From positions 31,918,388 to 31,982,387 of the forward strand of contig NC_092670.1 in the NCBI RefSeq assembly GCF_964355755.1: 64,000 nt of DNA. Reading direction: 5' to 3'. Position 1 is the stretch's first letter, and every line of letters starts with the position of its first letter. A program made the position numbers and the translations under genes. Source of the DNA: Antedon mediterranea. Taxonomy: Eukaryota > Animalia > Echinodermata. The notes under the pieces were generated by a model. It ran no database searches, was not told the DNA's origin, and worked only from the letters and a program-made list of their open reading frames with translations. Shown piece by piece: positions 25,213-38,582 of this stretch.

Positions 25213-26420
25213 ATTACTATTGATGACTATTTTGCTGTTACTATTGCTGATGACGATGTTGCTGTTACTATTGCTGCTGATGACGATGTTGCTATTATTA
25301 TTGCTGCTGACGATGTTGCTGTTACAATGGTGATGACGATGTTGCTGTTACTATTGCTGCTGATGACGATGTTGCTGTTACTATTGCTGATGACGATGTT
25401 ACTGTTATTATTTTCTGATGACAATGTTGCTATTACTATTGCTGATGAAAATGTTACTGTTAATATTGCTGATGACGATGTTGCTGTTACTATTGCTGAT
25501 GACGATGTTGCTGTTACTATTACTGATGACAGAATGTTGCTGTCATTGCTGATGACGATGTCACTGTTACTATTACTGATGACAGAATGTTAGTGTCATT
25601 GCTGCTGACAATATTACTGTACTATTGCTGATGATGATGTTGCTGTTACTATTGCTGATGATGATGATGATGTTACCATTGCTGATGAAAATGTTGCTGT
25701 TACTATGGCTGATGACAATGTTACTGTTAATATTGATGATGACGATGTTGCTGTTACTATTGCTGCTGATGACGATGTCACTGTTACTATTACTGATGAC
25801 AGAATGTTAGTGTCATTGCTGCTGACAATATTACTGTACTATTGATGATGACGATGTTGCTGTTACTATTGCTGATGACGATGTTACTGTTACTATTGCT
25901 GATGACGATGTCACTGTTACTATTACTGATGACAGTGTTGCTGTCATTGCTGATGACGATGTTGCAGTTACTATTGCTGATGACGATGTTGCTGTTACTA
26001 TTGCTGATGACTATGTTGCAGTTACTATTGCTGATGACGATGTTGCTGTTACTATTGCTGATGACAAAGTTGCTGTTACTATTGCTGATGACAATGTTAC
26101 TGTTAATATTGCTGATGACGATGTTGCTGTTACTATTGCTGCTGATGACAATGTTGCTGTTACCATTGCTGATGACGATGTTGCTGTTACTATTGCTGAT
26201 GACGATGTTGCTGTTACTATTTCTGATGACGATGTTGCTGTTACTATTGCTGGATTTTGCTGTTACTATTTCTGATGACGTTGTTGCTGTTACTATTGCT
26301 AATGTGCTGTTTCTGATGACGATGTTGCTGTTACTATTGCTGGATATTGCTGTTACTATTTCTGATGACGGTGTTGCTGTTACTATTGCTAATGTGCTGT
26401 TGCTGATAATGTTGCTGCTA
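25213..26420. repeat. 27-bp triplet-structured minisatellite (GCTGATGACGATGTTGCTGTTACTATT)n, roughly 40 degenerate units
   Basis: Periodicity is directly visible; it generates the low-complexity ORFs in the track. Confidence 0.9.
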
Positions 26421-27717
26421 AAAATATTGCTGCATCGTATGATAATGAGCATGCTATTTACATGTAAGATGGAGAATTTAGCTTATATCTTGTGCAAGAG
26501 TCTAATTAAATAAAAGTTCTAATAAAAGTGATAGTTCACGTCTGATTGTTGTTTTGTGTGAAAATGTACAGATCATTTTTTTGCTTATTCACTATAATCA
26601 AAGTTACATTAGCATGGCTCCGTGCAGCCTAGGCGATCATAACAATTTGAAAAAAAAAATTAAAAACAAACGTAATCTATTAATGTTAAAAAAAATTCCA
26701 CTCCAAGGTTGATATGGATTAAGCAATAAAGCTCATGTTAATTTTATATAAAAATAGAACCGCTTACAAATAGGGAAACATAATAAACTAACCACCACGT
26801 GATTTTCTCTGCTTTTGAATAATTTAAATTCGAGACGTTCGTGCAATTTGTTACCTTTTACTATCATGGTTTTCTTTCTACATTTTAACTTGCCTTGCTA
26901 TTAGCTGTCAAAAACAATTGCCCTGTTCTGGATATAATGTACCTCCTCGAGATAATCACTTTGTTGTAGCAGCAAATAATACTGTAGATTGACAAATATT
27001 GATAGTTGGATGAGCGCAGCTTTTTAACTCTGCGATTAAATACGATTCTTTAGTAAACTAGTAAAGGTGAATTCCATTTAATCTATATTTTTTTAGTAAT
27101 ATTGCCAAAACAAATTTTTGAAGAATAAATTAAAAACTAAAGTATAGACCCTATTAAGGTTTCACAAACATCACAGGTTAAATGATAACTTCCCGTTTAC
27201 ATCTGCTACTGTTCATTAAGTAATTCCTGCACAGATTCACCTTCTTCTTGACGATACTGTTCTAGTTTTATGTATTAATGTTTTGTCTTACGAAAGGCGA
27301 AATCTGTGAAAAAAATTGCGCAAAAATATGAATGTTATGGCGGCAATATTAAGAATCCAAAATGATGGCATAGTCTATAGTTCCATTTTTTTAGAAATTT
27401 GTTGGGAGGTTCAACCTCAATATTCAAATTAATTTAATCTTCTGTATCGAAATTGTGATTTTTAAAGTGGTTTCTATTTTTAGACCTGTCAGACAACGTC
27501 TTCCGTTCTTCCCTAATTAATAATTCTTTAATATATAATATTTGAAATTGGATACGGTAATGAAACGTCTTACATTTAGAAATACATAATTACGTTATGT
27601 TTGAAACAAATCGAGCAGGGTGGTAAAATTTTAAACTGAGTTAACTTACATTAAAAATATTGTACTCAGACTCTAGTTATGAATGAATAACGAAGTAATT
27701 TGAAAACATCAAACTGT

Positions 27718-27853
27718 TAAGCTCTGTTTACTACATTATCAAACTAGTTTTACAAAACAAATTGGTATGTGCCTAAATATGGTAGTGATATCCTGTCCAT
27801 ATGGGCACATCTCTCTTTTTTTACATGAAGTTTGATAGAGTAGACAGGCTTTA
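27718..27853. mobile_element. Short MITE, same family as 10097-10263
   Basis: TAAGCTCTG...TATCAAACT ... AGTTTGATAGAGTAGACAGGCTTTA; internal ATATGGTAGTGATA and ATGGGCACATC blocks. Confidence 0.6.
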
Positions 27854-29389
27854 AATCACCACTTTTCTCACATATCTAAACAGTTAAACCACATTTACAT
27901 AATATGCTAATTATTCAAAATAAGAATGTCAATCAAAATTAAAAGGTCAACAAATACTCGTTACCAAAGTGATACGCGAATGACGTTTGCTCCATACATA
28001 CTATAAATCAAACATAGTATATCAAATAAACCTGTAACTTGTTTAACCATTAGGGACTATTTTTTTAATGGATGTATAAATCTAAAATACCTATACTATT
28101 CCCATATCATCGAATGTAATGGAAATTAAAACGCTAGTATTATAATGATAATTCCTGTTTTAATGATAGGTTTATTTTAATCCAGTAAATAAGCAAAGTT
28201 TTATAACAGGGAGTAATTAGTGTACGATAGACGCCATTGTAACGCAAGACTAAAAAGATCACATTTTCTAGAACACATAGATCAATTGCTTTTAACACTA
28301 ATTGGATGAGCATTAGTTTTAACCGTCATCACCATTATCGTCACCGCCATTTTCATCTTTAAAACCAATTATCTTCACCGTCGTCATTATTGCAACTATA
28401 ACTTTTGTTTTAATTAAAACAAACATGGTATAAACATGGAAACAGTAATCATTATCTTAATCGTCATCATTTTCATCATCAATACTGTTATCATTAGACA
28501 GACAATCACTGTCGTGATTTGGGGCATATTGTTTATTATTATTATTTAAATGCCTTTACGCTAGGCAATCTTCTGGGATTGTAGCATAGGCCTACCAACT
28601 AATATACCTTGAAACATTCTTAGCAATACAGTATTTCGTTTATGGAACGTCTAGGCCTACATGGTGTACCTGAAACGTAACTTGTATATGTAATTTAAAT
28701 GTGAATGGATGTCAGATTTAGAGTTATTGGTAGGGTCGTATGTGACCTTCCTCTGCTAAACTTTAGTTGGTGTAACTCAGTAAAATAGGCTAATAGTATA
28801 TGGCTTTGTTTGCTAGAGTTTGCTTCATTGAGCTGACAGTCGCCTATCTAGCTTCTATGGTTGCAAGGAAATCAGTCTTTCATTAACGTTTGTATAGATT
28901 TATATTTGATGTTCTCTGTGTCACGACCTGCCACTTTACAGTAATAGAATATCATGCATTCTAACGACTATGACTACCATTTCAAAATTTTAAGTTGTTC
29001 AAATCATTTTCACCATCAATGTCGTCTTGTTTTGTCACCTGTGACACCACACTATATCCATCCCCCTCAAGCAGCTTCCACTGACATACAGAAAAGGAAA
29101 TAACCATTTCCAAATATTAAATGTTGTCAAAAATTCTTGACCACAAAGTCGGCTTTTGTTGTCATCCAACCATCGTCTTAATCCAAAATTCTTAGAACAA
29201 ATTATTTCATCCCGTCAAACAACTGCGAGTGACATGAAAAAGGAATTTCTAAATTTAAATGGTGTCAAAATTCTTGTCATCATCATCAAAAAATGCCACA
29301 CAAATTACCATTCTATTATTGGCAATTTATTAGTAAATCAGGAAAGTCATCCAGGTGAGAAAGATGACAAACGAGACACATATTAAGAT

Positions 29390-29878
29390 TACTGTATTTA
29401 TTCGAATAATCGCCTCGGAACATTTATTTTTCTGGAGGGTTCTTAGGAGAGAGTTGTAGTATGGTAACGTTATGTATAAATCAAATAAATATCCCCTAGA
29501 TACACAATTAATATCGAGAATCGAGAAATAACGTTATAGTACTATATTGTGTATAATGCACTGTGGCGAGGTGTTTATTGGAGGAAATAAATATAGGTCC
29601 CAGGGCGTTTATTGTTCAGAAGGGTTTTTAGGGTGGAAGCGTTTATTCTTGAGAGGCGTTTTTTGTTGTTGGTGTAATAATGGGAACATGTAAGTCAAAT
29701 AAATACCCACTAGATATGAATGAATACACAATTAATATCGATAAAAATGTATCAAAATGATAGGTAAATTGTAGATCATGTCAATCAATGAATTCTACTA
29801 CAAATAGGAATATGTATATTGTGTAGGTCTATATGTGGCCGGCGTTTATTCGAGAGGGGTGTTTATTCGAATACTGTA
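29390..29878. mobile_element. Degenerate pogo/Tc1-type MITE
   Basis: Left end TACTGTATTTATTCGAATAATCGCC; repeated GGCGTTTATT(CG) motifs; right end TTTATTCGAATACTGTA. Confidence 0.45.
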
Positions 29879-32800
29879 TAAATTATACCCACTCACCCTC
29901 AATGGCCGATGACAAAGCTACAATGACTCGCCAGTTTCACATGGTTACGCCACTGGTGCCATTCTGTAATTTTATAATTATTACATATTTCTCATAATTA
30001 ATTAAAACTTTTAGATAACAATATTGAAAGTGAAAGTTTGAATTTATTGCTACAAACAAATCCGTTTTTTCTATTTTCTGTTGCGTGTTGATTTTTTTCT
30101 TCTGGATTTTGGGGTCATTAAGCTCTATACATTTACTTTAATTACATTGGTTTTTTTTATATATATTACCGATAGTATTGACTGTATAGTATTAGTGGTG
30201 TTATAGACAGTATTGATATATTGATAATGTCGACAGTATTGATAGTATTGATGTTATTGATAGTACAGTATTGATGTTATTGATAATATTGATACACAAA
30301 CTAATATATAACTAATTGGTCTATTTAAATGTGTTTTTGCTTATAGAAATCTAGGTATAATAACATTAATGTAGGCCTAAGTATAAATTATTGCATTCAA
30401 TGTACAATAGAAGGATAATATGCAAACAATCGTGTGTTTTTTTTCGTGTTTAGTTTTAGCTTAGTTTTTAATATAGATAGAAATAAACTGATTTGATCTC
30501 ATGAAATGGTTAGGTCATGATTTGTTCAGTCTGTTAGATTTTAAATCAGAGATCCAAAATGATATGATGTTTGTAGTTGCAATCATTAGGAATTTAGGTA
30601 TGAATCTATATTTAGTTATAATCATAACATATCTAACCTTGGAATAATTGGGAATATTACTAGAAACTCTTTTAGAATCACATGTCTATAGTTCCTGTCT
30701 GAGTGTCATTTCGAACGAAAATAGACTTCCGTCCCGTAAGAGAGTGAAACGTTTCTAAGAAACCGCAGACTTAGAAAGAAAGATTTAATTTTAATTAACA
30801 CGGTCAGTATATCTTTAATCCAAATTCCTTTTCTTTAATACGATAGTGAGAAATGAAATATAATAATAGGCTATAATAAGGTCAGGGTTCAGGATATGAA
30901 TATATTCAATACCGATATATTACAAATGTGCTTTGTATCTGAGGCTATAGTATAGTTTTGTCGACGATATGATGTTTTGTTATTTAAAATAATGCTTGCA
31001 AACATCTATCCCTGCTTGCTTTGCATGTTGTATGATGCATATATGTATTTTTATTCATTCTTATTTGTATTCATTCAAATTTCCATCTATAACAAAACTT
31101 TTTTAATCGCAAGGAAAGACCAAAAACACCTATATTAGTTGGTCAACTCTAAAAACAATAGTATGAGAATTATCAATAATCAATCTATCAATTCACTTTT
31201 ATTTCAGAACAAAGTCCATATCATAACACATAACAATATTCTAATAAATAAATGTAAGTAAAAAATCTATACCACATGTCGCACATAATAATGCCGTCGG
31301 AAAACCGTCGGTTTTCAACTGCATGAGTAAAATAACATTATAATGGATATACTGATACAAGTTAAACATACGTAAACATACGTAAAAGTATACATGAAAT
31401 TATGTATACAGAAGTTCAATCCATTTTACGTTATGGGTTATTAAATATTGAAAACATATCATAATTACGACAACGTTTACAATTTCAAAAGTTGTTCTTG
31501 TTTTATTTATAGTGAATATAGCTATACCAACACTACTGTATGCCATTCCTATGGTTTCCATGACAATCGATGTATTGGTGTGACTTCCCTCATATTTTAC
31601 ATTTCGCCGCTCAGTTTGTAAGCGCTTATTTAATTTTTTAATCGTAGTATTAGAATGTGGGCGCTGTTGTACATTGAGTTTTAATCAAACAACATTACTT
31701 ACCAATTTTAATCATTCTTTCCTTCTCAATAAACTATTACTAACTCCTATATTTTTTTGATTCTGTATAAATACGGTATACAATAAAGTGAAACAAAACC
31801 GACGCAGAGGCGCATGACAAAAGAACAAAAGGAAAACGCTCCTATATTTCCTATAGGCCCTATCTATTAATTTGTCAAAATAATAGCTAGCAAATTCCAT
31901 AAATGGAAATCATTTTGATGTTTCGAGAAGATAATAAAGGAACAGGCGTGGATTCAATAAATAAATAAATCATAGAAAGAAGAAAGCAACGTTGAACTTT
32001 GAAAGTAAGTTTAGTCAGTAGACAATTATAGAAGTATTATTACCTACTATTATTTTGCGAATGTTTACAAATTATGTTTTGATAACAAAAAGTATCAACC
32101 GACACCTTTTTCCTAAAATAGAGAATAGGCCTACATTTTGTAAGATTTAACAGACTTGATTATGCTAATATTTCTTCAACATTTCTAATAATGAATAGAG
32201 ACAATGCATTTTGTAACGCAGTATCCTAAACATTGTGTCTTCCGCAAAATACAATTTATGTTAACGAATAATCTATAGCCTACCACGTAGTCTCTAGTGC
32301 ATGGAATCTATAAACGTTTTCTATCTTTATTGCCGATTTTCAAGATAAGATTCAATGAGTAACATTCTGACTAGGCCACTATCCATGCTTTGATCACTGA
32401 TCATTATTAGATTATGTCACGGCAAATTTAATTTTACTTTAAAGAGAAATTTTCCTTTCTGAAATCATGTATTTCTATTTAGGTAGACTTACCTTGGTTT
32501 GTCTGAGATATTTTGGGAGATGATAGTCTGCAACAAAAACCACGTGAGTCACAAAAACTAGGATTTTAGAAACATATGGGATGTATGCAAACATTGTCAA
32601 AGGTGTTCATTTTAAACAAAGGAAACGACAATTCTGTACAATTTATGAAAAGCAGTTCAAAACCTATTTTACCAATGTGTCAAACATTTCTAGACAATAA
32701 GAAATGAGTAGGCACAAATAGAAAGAATGGAATAATCTTTTGGGAACCATTTCAAGAAGTCTGTCAGTCAAAACAACTTTTGAAAAAGGTGATTTCAACT

Positions 32801-35529
32801 TGGAATTGAAAGAAAAATATTTTTTTCCACAAGTCGATAAAAGACAATATTGGATTATACCATTTGTTGCCAGTCGGACTAATTAATGTCATCTTTTCAT
32901 GTTTGTAATAATGAATTAACAAGATAGTTTTGATGTTAAATAGTTTTATTCTCTCTCGGGCCATAACTAAAATCAGATGTTTTCTATTTGGAGGGCGATA
33001 AACTTGAAACAGTTTTCTTTCAAGAATGTATTCGAACAACCAGTCTCAATGCTTGTTTTATCTTCACCCATTATATTTATCGTCATTTATCTAATTTTTT
33101 TAACATTGTTATAATTATCTCTGAGCACTCACTAGTCTAAACTAAAATCATTTAAGTAACTGTTTTGTTGTAGTGTTTTGATATGCAAAAAAAAACAGTA
33201 CGTATTGTAAACTGTTGATAAGTCATGGCAGCTTTAAAGTTTACCCTCTCTATTAATTACATCACGGCAAATTTGATTTAACTTTGAATCGAAACAAATA
33301 TCAGCCAGGCTGTATATTGGTGGGTAGGCGGGTGTCGGTTTAAAACATGTGTAGACATGTGAATTCATTAGGGACCTCATTTCAAACAGGTTTGATTTCA
33401 TTTACGGTTTTACTCTATTAATTCATCCGTTATTTGTTCATAACCAGGACATCCATTTCGTGACTATCAGCCTAAAATATGATTAAATGTTTCCCAATAC
33501 CAAGCAAAGTCCTCTCTTTTAAGACTTTTTATAATGTGTTGTTTTCCGACTTCCGAATATTATGGTAGTCTAGTATATTATATTGCCTAAACTGGTTATT
33601 ATAAGTTAATATAGGTATAATGACGTAGGCTACTACTATCCCAACTATCTCTTACGATATTCAATATATTATATTATATTTGTCTGACAAGAAAGCACAT
33701 GAGCATGTAACGAATAGTTTCTAAACAATTGTCATTTGATATGTTTTGTCCTGTCTTATCGGATATCAACATACGATCATCTCAGATCAGACAGTAGGCC
33801 TATTATTACTACGCACTTCAGATAATCCCAGTTCTTGAAAATCATACAGACAATAAACAAAATAAGGCTTTGATACGGGTAAGTGAGTTATGAGTGGTTT
33901 TAGCATAGATTAATCTTGAAGGTTTTATATTTTTCTATTTGTTACTATTCATACGAAACTTAAGGTTAAATAAGGTGAAGTACGTCTGGACACGCCTCTA
34001 ATCGTGTTAGATAAATTCTGACGGATATGACAGGTGTCATTAACATATCTGTTATCGGCCTAGATTGACGAACCATTTGCCAATATACTAGGCCTGTAAA
34101 CTGTTTTATTTTGATCAATATTTTGTAATGTCTACAGTTGATCTTATTCAGCAGACGGTGAGGAATTTGTGGGTTTTGGCAGAGTTCAATTCCACCTTTA
34201 TGACAAGGCTGGATTGTTTTGTGTTCCTAATTTACTGGAAATCTTGTTTAAAAAAATGGTGACCATTAGGGGATTGGGGACTAAAATAAGTAAGATGGGT
34301 CTAGACCTGGAACCCACAACATATTTTGAGAATCACCACCGCTGTTTTTATCTAATGAAATTGTGACACTGTTTCCAGGTAAGTTTAGTCCGCACGCAGC
34401 CTCAAGAAAATGTTGCCGATAAAAAACTAACATTGTCTCGCATGTACGTACGACGTAGGCCTAATTTGCGCGTGACACGCAGATCCGGGTTATCGGTATA
34501 ATATTAGTACTTAATCTCATTCGAAAACTTTCTTTCGAAATTAATTGAATGCGAATTACATTTATGGTACAGTAATCCATTTTCAAAAAGATAACAGGTT
34601 TTAGAAATAATAAAGGTGACATAAAAAACATGAAAGTGAAGCGTTAAGGAGAAAAAACGATGGATTGAATAGTGTATTTTAGTTTGCATACCGTACTATA
34701 TTTCCTTTTGCATTTGAGTGCTCTTTATTTTATCATTTGATTGATAAATATTTTATTTGAGCTTTATTTACACAATGTCTGTGCTTAGGCCAAAGTTATG
34801 TTTTGCTTTCTTTATTTTCCTTATTTGTGTTATTTTTTTCTTGTGTGTGCATCACTACGACCGTGTGTTCTACTGATTGTATAGGCCTAATTATCTAGCC
34901 ATATTCACGTTATATATACAGTACTATTATTTTCAATCTAGGCCTTTATCCGTGAATAAAGCTAGCTAGTTTTTCCTGACGTGCGGTTCCATACGGTTTA
35001 CATTATTAAACAAAGGAGGAAGAATTCGTTTATTGTGAAGAAACGTTTTGTTCCAAGTTAAATATTAGTTACCTTTTGCAAGTCATATAAATTGCATCTC
35101 ATGAGAAAGCAAAACTTAATCAATAATATTAGCCGTCTCTCCCTGAGGTAAAACACCTGTGCTTTTGGCAAACTTCGGCGATTTGATTTTTCTGGCTATA
35201 AAAAAATGCCTTCGATTATGTTACAATGTCATATTTAGTAGGCCTAGTACGTTTTGGGAAAATGTTGTAAAGTTGAAGACCCTAAATTAAAATATCACAC
35301 GGGTGTAACGCCAAATTTGAGTGAAATTGCAAAATTAACTTTGCGTGGTCCGTATCACGCTCGACTAGGTCCTCTTACTGTGCAGCACGTGAGCTAACAA
35401 TATTAATATTATTTAAAATAATCTGTAATTTGCTTTCCTTTTTATCCTGGATACAGCAGTTCTTCATGATTGTGTGTTCGGAGTACTATTGAACTATATA
35501 CTGTAGGCTTAATTTTCTCAATTACCGTA

Positions 35530-37920
35530 ATTCAATTCAATTCAATTCAATAATACATTTATTTAAGATGGTCACAATATATAACAAACAATATTACAAT
35601 AAACAATAATAAACAATTAATATAAGACCATCTTAGGGATCAAAATTAGAAGTAGAACTTGTCTCACATTGACCCCTAAAATAATAATAATAATTCAAAC
35701 AAAAATAAGAACGGTACCGTATAAATATACAAATACAACGCATACAATTAAATAAATTATACAATGCGCAACATATTTAGTAGGTTTGGTAACAAGATAA
35801 ATAAAGGGTTTTTATATGCTTTCTAAATGAATTTACAGTATATAAATGATTTATGGCAGTTGAATCTAGATTATTCCAATACGTTGGTCCTAAATAAGTA
35901 ATAAAAAACTGGCTTTTTCTAAGTTTAACAAATGGAACATACAATTTATGTGGATTTCTTATGTTATAGGTATGATCTAATAAACGATTTGAAAATAACA
36001 TTGAAACAGAATTTGGTAGTAAACCAGTAACATATTCAAACATAAAAGAAGTAACTTGAAGTTTATGAAGGTCATATATTTTTAAAATTTTAAGTTTTTT
36101 AAACAAAGGTTCTGATGCAGATGTAGATTTTTCAAAGTTTAATAATCGAACAATACGTTTTTGTAAAATGAAAATTCTATGTAAATTTGAAGGATAATCA
36201 GCTGCCCATATAATATTGCAATAAAGTAAATGTGGTAATATCAGCGAATTATACAAAGAAAGTAAAATGTGTTGAGGAAAAAAATATTTTATCTGGTTTA
36301 TAACACCAATGCATTTAGACATTTTGATTGAAATATTTTTCTGATGACCGGTCCAATTTAAGTTTTCATTAATTAAAATTCCAAGAAATAAAGTTTCGCT
36401 TTTTCGGTCCAGATTTTTACCATTTAGAACAACTTGAATGTTTTTGTTACTTAATTTATGCCTGTTTCGATGGGAGTGAAATATAATGAAATTTGTTTTT
36501 GAAGTATTAATCAATAATTTATTAGAAGAAAACCAATTTTCAATCTTATTTAATTCTAAATTAAAGGTATTTACTAATAAATCAATATTTTTGTTTGAAT
36601 AAAATAAAGTTGTATCATCGGCAAAGGAAACAATATTCAGTGTATCACTAACAAAGGTTATGTCATTTACGTAAATAAGAAATAATAAGGGTCCAAGGAC
36701 CGACCCCTGTGGTACACCACATGGAACGTTCTTTGCCGATGATTTACAGTTACCAATCTGTACATATTGTTTACGATTACTAAGATAACTAATAAACAAT
36801 TTTAACGAAACACCTCTAATGCCATAACGTAACAGTTTTGAAAGTAAAATATCATGATTAACAACATCAAAAGCTTTGGATAGATCAAGAAAAGTGCTTA
36901 ACAAAAATTCTTTATTTTCAAATGCATTATTAATTGAATGTATAAGTTCAAGCATAGCGTGACAGGTAGAGTGTTTTTTACGAAAACCATATTGATGATT
37001 ATTTAGGATGTTATGTTTAGTTAAATATGTATAAAGACGAGTATGCATTAATTTTTCTATTATTTTTGAGAGAATGGAGAGAACGGAAATCGGTCTATAA
37101 TTGTTAAGTAAGTTTGCATTTCCCTTTTTAAAAACTGGGACCACTTTAGCTAATTTTATATGATCAGGTACGATTCCTGTAGTAAAAGATAAATTGATAA
37201 CATAAGTAAAAGGAATTAAAATAAAAGGAGTAACTTTTTTAAGAACAGAAGGTGTAAGGGAGTCGTGTCCTGATCCTTTATTAGAGTCTAGACTGTTGAT
37301 TATGTTCAACACTTCATTTTCAGTGACTGGGTTAATAACAAATGAATTAATGGGTGGGGGTGGTAAATTCGACATTGGATCAATATTATTATCTGGGATG
37401 GAGTTGAGCGTTTTTAAACCGATTTCTGAAAAATATTTGTTAAAGTGATCACATATAGAGTTAGTATCATAAATATATTCATCCCCAATTTTCAAGACTG
37501 AGGGATTTTTATTAATTTTTCTAGCTGGATTTAATACAGAATTGATCACACCCCAAACTTTCTTAATATTTGTTTTGACTTGATTGAATTTTCTTTCATA
37601 ATATTGTTTTTTAGCAGTACGACAAAGAGCAATAAACAAATTATTATAACTTGTGTATGTTGTTTTGTCGTTTGGGCTTTGAGATTTAATATATTTTTTA
37701 TAAAGGTAGTGTTTTCGTTGACTGCTTTTAAGAAGAGTAGGGGTCATCCAAGGCTGTTTGCATTTTTTATATTTATTTATTTTAATTTCTTTAGTGACCA
37801 AGTGTCGTTGATAAATACTAAAAAATATATCATTAAATGTATCAATAGCAGATTTATAATCAGCATTATAAACACTTGACCAATCAGCCTGCGATAGATC
37901 AAAATTTAGTGAATTTATGT
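35530..37920 (-). mobile_element. 5'-truncated non-LTR retrotransposon (CR1/L2/Crack group)
   Basis: Uninterrupted RT frame (ORF 37801-35777, open upstream to about 37920), a 3' UTR with stem-loops, AATAAA and a (TTGAA)4 microsatellite tail. The endonuclease domain is absent. Confidence 0.92.
35777..37801 (-). CDS. LINE ORF2 reverse transcriptase (N-terminally truncated)
   Basis: 674-aa ORF with QPWMT, NYRPISVLS, QYGFRKKHST, FLDLSKAFDVVNH, GVPQGSVLGPLLFLIYVND, FADDT, FLG and GPTYWNNL. There is no ATG start, so it is probably not translated. Confidence 0.85.
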   Translation of the reverse strand: MVTKEIKINKYKKCKQPWMTPTLLKSSQRKHYLYKKYIKSQSPNDKTTYTSYNNLFIALCRTAKKQYYERKFNQVKTNIKKVWGVINSVLNPARKINKNPSVLKIGDEYIYDTNSICDHFNKYFSEIGLKTLNSIPDNNIDPMSNLPPPPINSFVINPVTENEVLNIINSLDSNKGSGHDSLTPSVLKKVTPFILIPFTYVINLSFTTGIVPDHIKLAKVVPVFKKGNANLLNNYRPISVLSILSKIIEKLMHTRLYTYLTKHNILNNHQYGFRKKHSTCHAMLELIHSINNAFENKEFLLSTFLDLSKAFDVVNHDILLSKLLRYGIRGVSLKLFISYLSNRKQYVQIGNCKSSAKNVPCGVPQGSVLGPLLFLIYVNDITFVSDTLNIVSFADDTTLFYSNKNIDLLVNTFNLELNKIENWFSSNKLLINTSKTNFIIFHSHRNRHKLSNKNIQVVLNGKNLDRKSETLFLGILINENLNWTGHQKNISIKMSKCIGVINQIKYFFPQHILLSLYNSLILPHLLYCNIIWAADYPSNLHRIFILQKRIVRLLNFEKSTSASEPLFKKLKILKIYDLHKLQVTSFMFEYVTGLLPNSVSMLFSNRLLDHTYNIRNPHKLYVPFVKLRKSQFFITYLGPTYWNNLDSTAINHLYTVNSFRKHIKTLYLSCYQTY

Positions 37921-38582
37921 CATATCCTCTGTATCCTTATGTAATTATTCGAATAAATAAAATGATTAATAAGCGCCACATGCATGTAAACAATAATTAC
38001 TATTTTAATAATTGTAACACATTCCATTCAAATGAAATAGTTTAACAACCAATGAAAATCGAGTATTCACGATCTTTACGTCATATCCTCTGTATGTCAA
38101 CCATGTCAAACAACTAACAGAAGACGTGACAAGCTGTTTATTGGTTTTTTGCTTGCCGTCCGTGCCCCGAGAGCATGCTGTTTTCTGTGAATTGGTTTGG
38201 TAAATAAATATACTGTAAAATTATTGGTGTAAAATCTAAAAAACACTATAGTATATATATATATGTATCATAGGTTATTAGTTGTAATTTAACTCATCAA
38301 TGCTGTATTTCTTTCGTTAATTTGTAAATTATGGCACCCATCCTCTCTATATAATAGAGGCCTCCTACTAGCTAGGCTAGGCCTAGGCTAGTCTAGCTAG
38401 CTAGGCTAGGGGAAGTAGGCCAAGCTAGGCCTACTAGGCTAAGCCTTATTTTAGCAGAGACAGCAAAAGGCCTTTTTTTCATTCACCACCGAAGACGTGT
38501 TCGTGAGGTTGACATACTTCTGGGGGATACAGGAGGACCTGGCCCTGGTGGGGTGTACTCTCACTTGATTACGTGATACATA

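Noticed and set aside
25227-26513. Long ORFs (220-223 aa) of poly-Leu/Met or Ser/Asn
   Set aside because: Products of the 27-bp minisatellite; open on both strands with no splice or domain evidence.
37580-37879. 99-aa plus-strand ORF and other short ORFs antisense to real exons (e.g. 6725-6916, 18639-18863, 56838-57026)
   Set aside because: Antisense shadows of genuine coding sequence.
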